The translations under genes and the position numbers were made by a program. Shown one piece after another: positions 56,168 through 64,000 of a stretch of DNA of 64,000 bases; positions within the stretch are counted from its first letter, which is position 1, and every line of letters begins with the position of its first letter. Source of the DNA: Lama glama (Eukaryota); contig CM052817.1 of NCBI GenBank assembly GCA_028534125.1, forward strand, positions 96,846,001 to 96,910,000, written 5' to 3'. Below the pieces are notes generated by a model that ran no database searches, had not been told where the DNA came from, and saw only the letters and a program-made list of their open reading frames with translations.

Positions 56168-58230
56168 CAGGCATACCTCATTTTATTATGTTTCACTTTA
56201 TCACACTCCACAGATACTGCATCCTTTACAAACTGAAGGTTTGTGGCAATCTCAAGTAGAGCAAGTCTATTTTTCCAACAGCATTTGCTCACTTCGTGTC
56301 TCTGTCACATTTTAGTAATTCTCACAGTATTTCTAACTTTTTCATTATTATTATACTTCTTATGCTAATCTGTGACCAGTGATCTTTGATGTTACTATTG
56401 TAATTGTTTTAGGGTGCCATGAACCATGCCCATATAAGACAGAGAACATAATAAATGGCGTGTGTGTTCTGACTGCTCCATCACCTGGCTATTCCCCATC
56501 TCTCTCCCTTTCCTCTGGCCTTCCTATTCTCTGAGACACAACAATATTGAAATTGGGCCAATTAATAGTCCTCCAATGGCATCTAAGTGTTCAAGTGAAA
56601 GGAAGAATCACGTGTCTCACTGTAAAACAAAAGCTAGAAATGATTAAGCTTAGTGAGGAAGGCATGTTGAAAGCTGAGACAGGCTAAAAGCTAGGCCTCC
56701 TGTGTCAGTGAGCCAAGCTGGGAGTGCAAAGGAGAAGTTCTCGAAGGAAATGAAAAGTCCTCCTCCAGTGAACACACGAATGATAAGAAAGCAAAACAGC
56801 CTTATTGCTGATACAGAGAAAGTTTTGGTGGTCAGGACAGAAGATCAAACCAGCCAGAACGTTCCCTTAAGCCAGAGCCTAATCCAAAGCAATACCCTAT
56901 TTCTGTTCAACTCTGTGAAGGCTAAGAGAGGTGAGGGAGCTGCAGAAGAAAAGTCTGTAGCTAGCAGAGGTTTGTTCATGAAGTTTGAGGAAAGTAAGTA
57001 CAAGGTGAAGGAGCAAGTAGTATTGTAGATGCTGCAGCAAGTTACCCAGAAGATCTAGCTACGATAACTCATGAAGGTGGTTACACCAAACAGATTTTTA
57101 ATGTCAGTGAATCAGCCTTATAGTGGAAGAAGATGCCATCTAGAACTTTTCATAGCTAGAGAGGAGAAGTCAGTGTCTGGTTTCAGAGCTTCAAAGGACA
57201 GACTGACTCTTGGGGCCAACACAAGCTGGTGGCTTAAAGCCAATGCTCCTTAATATTCTGAAAATCCTAGAACCCTTAAGAATTATGCTAACTCTACTCT
57301 GCTTGTGCTCTGCAAGTGGAACAGCAAGCCCTGGATGATAGCACATCTGTTCACAAGATAGGTTACTGAATATTCTAACCCCAATGTTGAGACACTACTC
57401 AGAAAAAACAAAAATCCTTTCAAAATATTACTGCTCACCAACAATGAACCTGGTCACCCAAGAGTCCTGGTGGAGATGTACAACAAAATTAGTGTTGTTT
57501 TCAACAGTGTTGTGCCTGCTAACAGTGTCTATTCTGCAGTCCATGCATCAAGGATTAATTCCCACTTTCAAGTCTTATTATTTAATAAATACATTTTGTA
57601 AAGCTATAGCTGCCTTGGATAGTGATTCCTCAGATGGGTCTGGACAAAGTCAGTTGGAAATCTTCTGGAAGATTCACAGTTCTAAATGTCATTAAGAGAG
57701 TTTGTGATTTATGGGAAGAAGTTAAAATATCAACATTAACAGGAGTTTAGAAGAAGTTTGATTCCAACCCTTAGGGGTAACTTTGAGGGGTTCAAGACTT
57801 CAGTGAAGGAAGTAAATGCAGATACGGTGGAAACAGCAAAAGAACTAGAATTAGAAATGGAGCCTGGAGATGTGACTGAATTGCAGCAATCTCATGATGA
57901 AACTTTAATGGATGAGGAGTTGCTTGTTATAGATGAGCAAAAAAAAAATTTCCATCTTGAGATGGAAACTACTAGCGAAGATGCTATGAAGTTTGTTGAA
58001 CCAGAAAATGGGATTTAGAATATTACTTAAACTTAGTTGATAACGCAGCTGCATTAGGAAAGTTTGAGAGGATGGATTCCAATTTTGTAAGAAATTCTAC
58101 TGTAAGTAAAATGCTATCAAACAGCACTGCATGCTACAGAGAAACCATTCATGAAAGGAAGAGTCAATCGATGCTGCAAACTTCACTGTTGTCTTAGTTT
58201 AAGAAATTGCAGTGGCCACCCCAACTTTCC
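56168..58230 (+). mobile_element. Tigger1 (TcMar/pogo) DNA transposon, near full length, 3' end missing; transposase pseudogene
   Basis: TA followed by TIR CAGGCATACCTC; fragmented transposase peptides ([77 protein letters not shown]) split by frameshifts and stops. Confidence 0.92.
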
Positions 58231-58524
58231 AGGCTGTGATAAGGAACTTATATTTCATCACTGTGCGATGGAGAGCCACAGTGTTTTAAGCATTAGCTTC
58301 TTATCTTGCTGTATCTCTCTGGCTGCTGGTGGAGAATAAATTTGGGGGGAGCCAAGAGTAAAAGCAGGGAGATCAGTTTGTGGCTGTTGCAGTAGTCTGA
58401 GTAATCAATTACAGTGGTTTAGGCTATAGTGGAGATAAAGCGATGTCAGATTCAGATATTTTTGCGGGGTAGAGTTGGCAGAATTTGATGAGAAATTAGC
58501 TGAGAAAAAAAAAATCCATGTATT

Positions 58525-58800
58525 AACTGTGGTTACCAAGGGGGAAGGGCAGGGGAGGGATAAACTAGGAGTTTGAGATTGACAGAGAAACACTACTATA
58601 TACAAAATAGATAAACAACAAGGACCTACTGTACAGCACAAGAAACTATATTCAGTGTCTTGTAGTAGCCTTTAATGGAAAAGAATCTGAAAAAAAAAAT
58701 ATATATATATGTACATATATGTATAATTGAATTGCTTTGCTGTACCCCTAAAACTAATATTGTAAATCAACTACACTTCAATAAAAAATAAAACTTAAAA
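58525..58800 (+). mobile_element. 5'-truncated L1 3' end
   Basis: ggttaccaagggggaaggg...gataaacaacaaggacctactgtacagcaca...tgtaaatcaactacacttcaataaaaaa; degenerate TSD. Confidence 0.8.
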
Positions 58801-60399
58801 AATTCTGTGTATTGTATGATTTCATTTACGTAAAATTCCAGAATGGGCAAATCTACAGTAACAAAAAGATTAGTGGTTTCCCAGAGCTAGAGGCAGGGGA
58901 TGGTGAGGAGCAAGTAATGGATTGACTGCTAATGGGTATAGGATTATTTATAGGATAATGAAGATGTTCTGGGATTAGACTGTGGTTGTGGTTGCACAAC
59001 ATAGTGAAAATACTACAAACTACTGAAGTATATGCTTTAAAATGGTGACTTATGTTACATGAAATACATCTCAACTTTTTAAAGTGCTAGAAAGGGAGGA
59101 AATGGCCTGACAAGGGTTACAATTTCTGGAGAAGAAACTAACGTTTGAAAAATTAGAGAATATACAAGCCTTAATCCAATTCTTCATTATTGCTTCCTCT
59201 AAAAATTGCATCAAAGTGTATTTAAATGACTAGGTGAAGTGGATAGACATTCAGGAAGGTGATAGTACTTGAACTAGGTCTCGAGGAATGGGTAGTATTT
59301 GGGATATGCCTAAATGAAGGGAACAGTATTTTTCTAGGAGAAGATACCAGCACAAGCAGAAGCAAAATGGATGCTGGAGAGAGTGCAGAAAGCTATCGCC
59401 ACAGAAAGCTATTCAGTTGTTTAAGTTGAGTAGCAGTGGCAAATAAAATTGAGTGTATGGAACAGATCCAAATCATGCAAAACTGGAAAATAATGTAGGG
59501 GAGACTCTTCATTCTGAAGGCAATAACAGTATAGTATATTATTTATTTTTTAAGAAAAGGATAGAATTCACATTTCTGGAAGACTGGAAGATTAGTCTGA
59601 CATCAGTTGCAAGATAAAATGTAGAAGAATTCTGGCAAGAGATAATTTAAACCTGAACTAGAAAAACATCCCTGCGAATAGCAGTAAGAGGGGCTTAAGG
59701 GTTTTTTTTTTTCCAAAAACAAAAGGATTGTTTGGAACAAATTGCTGGTGATGAAATAAAGCACTAAGTAAAAATGAAACATAGGGCAATTAGGCAAATT
59801 GAGAGAAAAATGGACATTGGGAAAAGATGACAATAGATTTGACAATATTGAGAAAAACACAGTTTGTAAATCAAATCTCAGTTTAACATTCGGACTAGAG
59901 ATGCATAATTGGTGGTCTTCGGTAGAGAAATGATCATTAAAGCAATGAGTGATTTTTTTTTCAAATAAATACATAATACTGCCAAAGGACTTTCAATAAG
60001 ACGGCAACATTCTCAAATGTACTAAATTAGACAAGAAGGAATAAACATGGACCTTGGGCAAATCTGTTAATCTTTTCTGTGCTTCAGTTCATTCTTTTGT
60101 AAAATGAGGATAATAAAAGGACTTGGTTGATAGCATTGTCTGGAGGACTTTATGAGTTGCTACACATAGGCACTTGAAATAATGCCTGATATAATAAAAG
60201 CTCAGTAACTGTTGATTTTTTTTTTCTTAAATAGCAGAAATTTATTTTCTCACAATTCTGAAGTTTAAGATCAAGATTCAGCTGATTTGATTTCTGGTGA
60301 GGGCTCTCTTCCTGGCCTGCAGACTGCCGCCTTCGTGCTCTGTCCTCACATGGCCTTTTCTTGGTGCATGTGCACAGAAAGGGAGCTCTCTGGGGTCTA

Positions 60400-61420
60400 T
60401 TTTTTTTCCAATTTTTATAGAGGTAAAATATATATAAAATTTACCATCTTAACCACTTTTAAGTTCATAGTTCATTGGCATTAAATATTTTCATAATATT
60501 GTACAACCATCACCTACAATCATCCTCATAACTCCTTTCATTGTATAAAACTGAAACTCTATACTCATTAAACAATAATTCCCAAGTCCACCCTTTCCCC
60601 AGCTGTTGGCAACCACAATTCTACTTTCTGCTTCTATGAATTTGATTACTTACTCTAAGTACTCCATATAAGTGAAATTACATGGTATTTGTTTTTTTAT
60701 GACTGTCTCATTTCATTTAGCGTAATATCCTCTGGGTTCATTCATGTAGCATATGTCAGAATTTTCTTCCTCTTTAAGGCTGAATAATATTCTACCGTAT
60801 GCATATATCACATTTTGCCTATCCATTCATCCATTACTGGACACTTGGGTTTCTTCCATGTTTTAGCTGTTGTGAATAATGCTGCTATGAACGTAGATGT
60901 ACAAAATACCTCCTTGAGACCCTGCTTGCAGTTCTTTTGGATATATACTCAGAAATGGAATTGTTGGATCATATGGTTATTCTACTTTTAATTTTTTGAG
61001 GAACCATCATACTGTTTTCAACAGCAGGCGTATCATTTTTACTTCCCCACCAACAGTGCACACGGGTTCCAATTTCTCTAAATCCTTGCCCATGCTTGCT
61101 ATTTTCTGGTTTTTTTATGCTAACTATTCTACTGGGTGGAAGGTGGTATCTCATTTTCATTTTAAATTGCATTTCCCTAATGATTAGTTTTGTTGAGCTT
61201 TTTTTTTTTCATGTGCTTATTGGCCATTTATATAACTTCTTTGGAGAAATGTCTATTCAAGTCTTTGCTGATTTTCAAATTGGGGTTTTTTGGATGGTGG
61301 CAGTGGTGAGTTTTAGGAGTTTTCTATATATTCTAGATATTAATCCCTTATCAGATATATAATTTGCAAATATTTCTTCCATTCTGTAGGTTGCCTTTCT
61401 ACTCTGTGGATACTGTGATT
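60400..61420 (-). mobile_element. L1 (L1MA/MB-type) 3' region
   Basis: The - strand encodes MQFKMKMRYHLPPSRI and IHRVERQPTEWKK, matching the L1 ORF2 C-terminus, followed by 3'UTR. Confidence 0.85.
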
Positions 61421-62399
61421 TTTATTATTACTTGCAGTGACGTCAGTTATCCATGAGGTACCTGGTGTAATGGAAAGAGCAGGATATAGAGGATTTGATT
61501 TCAAGTCCTGTTCACATTTATTGTCTCTGACCATGTGATCAGTAGTACCTAGGTACACAGTTGTGTGTTTGAATTCCAGGTCTACCACTTATTAACAACC
61601 TGGACTCAGGCAGAATTTTGAAACTTACTTTCCTCATCTGAAAAATGAATATAATAAATCCTACCTTGTATGTTATTTTGAGATAAACAATACTATATAT
61701 AAAGCACCTGGCATATAGAAGGTGATGATTATTTGATACTATTTTAGTGCTTTTGTTCCCCCTTTGGGTTGCTTTAGTTGTGTACTTCAGTGATCTAGGG
61801 AGAGATTATCCTAGAGTGGATTTTATCACCGTAAAAAAATGTGGAGACCGCTTAGTGCTATTCTAAGGAATAAGGATAAAGAATAGGGGGTGGGGTACAG
61901 CTTCATGGGATACCTTATCAACTTCTGTGATAAAGGAAAGTTATGTTTAATTTCAGTTTCAAAATTTTCTTTCTTAGGCTAAGGTGCTCAGTTTCAAGCC
62001 ATTTGTTTGATGACATTGGCAGGAGGGAGGAGTAGAAATTCCATATTGTTCTTTGCAGCAAAAGACAGTGTAATAAGGAGAATCATTTGATAGCAAATCT
62101 TTGTTTTTCTCTATGGCATATAATAAATATACATGAACCTGAAATTTTTATTGGATGTGCAAATATGTAAATAGTCAAATTACCTTCAGTTGTAAATATG
62201 GTATTCAGTTAATACTAATTAAGAAAACATTAAAAACAGTATAAGTATACAAGTAGAGCTATACAATTGTCCCTTTAATAAAGACAATTGAAAAGAAAAG
62301 GTAGAGCTTTGTCTCATAACACATCGTGTCCATTTCTCTCCTGAAAATAATAAATACCATAATGTATAAAGCATAGTATATCCCATAATAACATTTTTA

Positions 62400-62870
62400 T
62401 TAAACAGTTGAAACAAAGGAAATCAATTTCTATTTAAATTTTATTCACTTGAATATATTAAAATCTAATAGGGTTAAATACTTTATTAATTATTTTAAAA
62501 TAGCAATGATAAATTCATTAGATATTACCATACATAACATTTTTATGAAAAATAATTATATTTTCCAAAACAGAAAAAAACAGGCCTGAGAAGAATGGCA
62601 TTGTTTAACATTTTCAAATCTTATTAATAGCTCACTTAATCAAAAATTCTTTTATCTTCTCAATCTATCAGTGCAATATGTTGTTTTAGTAGTTTATGAA
62701 GAAAACCCAGCCTGACAAAGATACGTAGTTGTAAGTCAGGAGTCTTCTAATAACATTTTTGCATAATTGTGTGTATTTTCCTCTGATACAACACTCAACA
62801 AGTAATAGTTTCTTAAAGGATAGTTGCAGTACAAAATCTGAAAATATATCAGTGCACATTTTTTTAATCA
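62400..62870. mobile_element. hAT-Charlie-like DNA transposon fragment
   Basis: gagaagaatggcattgttt...gtagtttatgaagaaaacccagcct...tagtttcttaaaggatagttgca resembles Charlie1 as recalled. Confidence 0.45.
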
Positions 62871-64000
62871 TCTGGCTGGAACTGTTATTATTTCAGAAAT
62901 AAGTATCCTATATAACTTGAGGTGGCTAGAATAGTTATATCTGGATTACTGTAATAAAGATTTGTCAGAAACAACAGTCATCTTAATAATCAGACACATT
63001 TATTTTATTAAGTAACTTTCAAAAATAACTCTTATTTATAAAAAATTTACAAATGTCACAAAAGAGTTAAGCAATGGTCTACACAGGAGAGAAGGAAAAT
63101 TCTGTTCAGGAAAGCTCTATAGAAGCATTTTCCCCATACTATTTTTGATTGATATAGTTCACAAAGAAAGCCTCGTTTTGCCTTCCCTTTCAGGGCTTAG
63201 TCTGAGAAGGAACGTGAGAAACCACATCTTAGAAGAAAAACTACTCTCAAAATCTCAAGTGTAAGCTATAAAGAGGCTTTTCTGATGAAAGCTTCAAAGC
63301 TTGAAGAGATGAGAAAGGCAAGTATATATTCTATTTAATATTTTGATAAGTATATAAAAAATTCAAAAATGAGGAACATATCATTTGTATACTTGAAAAT
63401 GCAACTATTTTCATGCTTCGATTTTATGCTGAGAAAAGTTTTAAGGATATTTTGTTCTAGAAGATTCAAAAATAAAATTTACACACACATATATAGTATA
63501 TATGATGTGTCAGGGATTATGGATATATTATATATATCAGGAAATCTGTACATGATTAACATTGTGGGCTGTGCTACCAATGTCAAACAATGAGAAACCA
63601 AACATGCTCACATCTGTGTTATAAAAAGAGCACAGAGAAGGAACAGTGGGAGAATGAATCACCTATGTCTGTGCTCAATGCTTCTGATAAGTCCAGTAGA
63701 CGAATGTAAAAAAGAGCAATGACTAGTTTGCCCAGACCCTTCTCATTAGCTCACCGCAATTACACAAGCGCTAAAATCTAAGTATTCAAAGAAAGACTGC
63801 AGGTGACCCTTTACTTCTCTCTGGTCCCTTTACCAAACGTCTGTGTCACTTATGATATTACTTGTTAATGTTCTAAATTCCAAAAAAATGTAGGTAAACG
63901 CATTTTGCTAATTTTCACTTAACCAAATAATTTTTAAAATAGATAAAACACTTCAGTTCTTACAACAGAAACCTCAGTATTCACATTCATTAAAAAGTTC

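Noticed and set aside
55825..56292. 155-aa minus-strand ORF
   Set aside because: Spans the junction between Tigger1 and L1-like sequence; no coherent protein.
56702..58018. Active or domesticated transposase gene
   Set aside because: Coding sequence is split over several frames by stops and frameshifts.

Overview
This is mammalian genomic DNA, most likely camelid: three tRNA-Ala-derived SINEs resemble the camelid vic-1 family. It holds two complete, convergent, spliced protein-coding genes reconstructed by hand with GT-AG junctions and consistent phases. TMEM184C is on the + strand (10 coding exons, 657..19343, 438 aa) and PRMT9 is on the - strand (12 coding exons, 49695..21419, 846 aa). Each has a CpG-island promoter, and their stop codons are about 2.1 kb apart. 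Introns and the region beyond about 50.3 kb are filled with ordinary interspersed repeats: L1, L2, MIR, ERV/MaLR LTRs, a near-complete Tigger1 and hAT MITEs. Repeat family names come from recalled consensus sequences, not a database search. I found no convincing new biological system. The best leads are regulatory or evolutionary: a 99-codon overlapping ORF across TMEM184C exons 1-3, an in-frame M-K-V-stop uORF in PRMT9, a GC3/CpG spike in PRMT9 exon 9, a (GCGGCA)n 5' repeat, a candidate 31-nt poison exon, and a 58-codon open frame after the TMEM184C stop.
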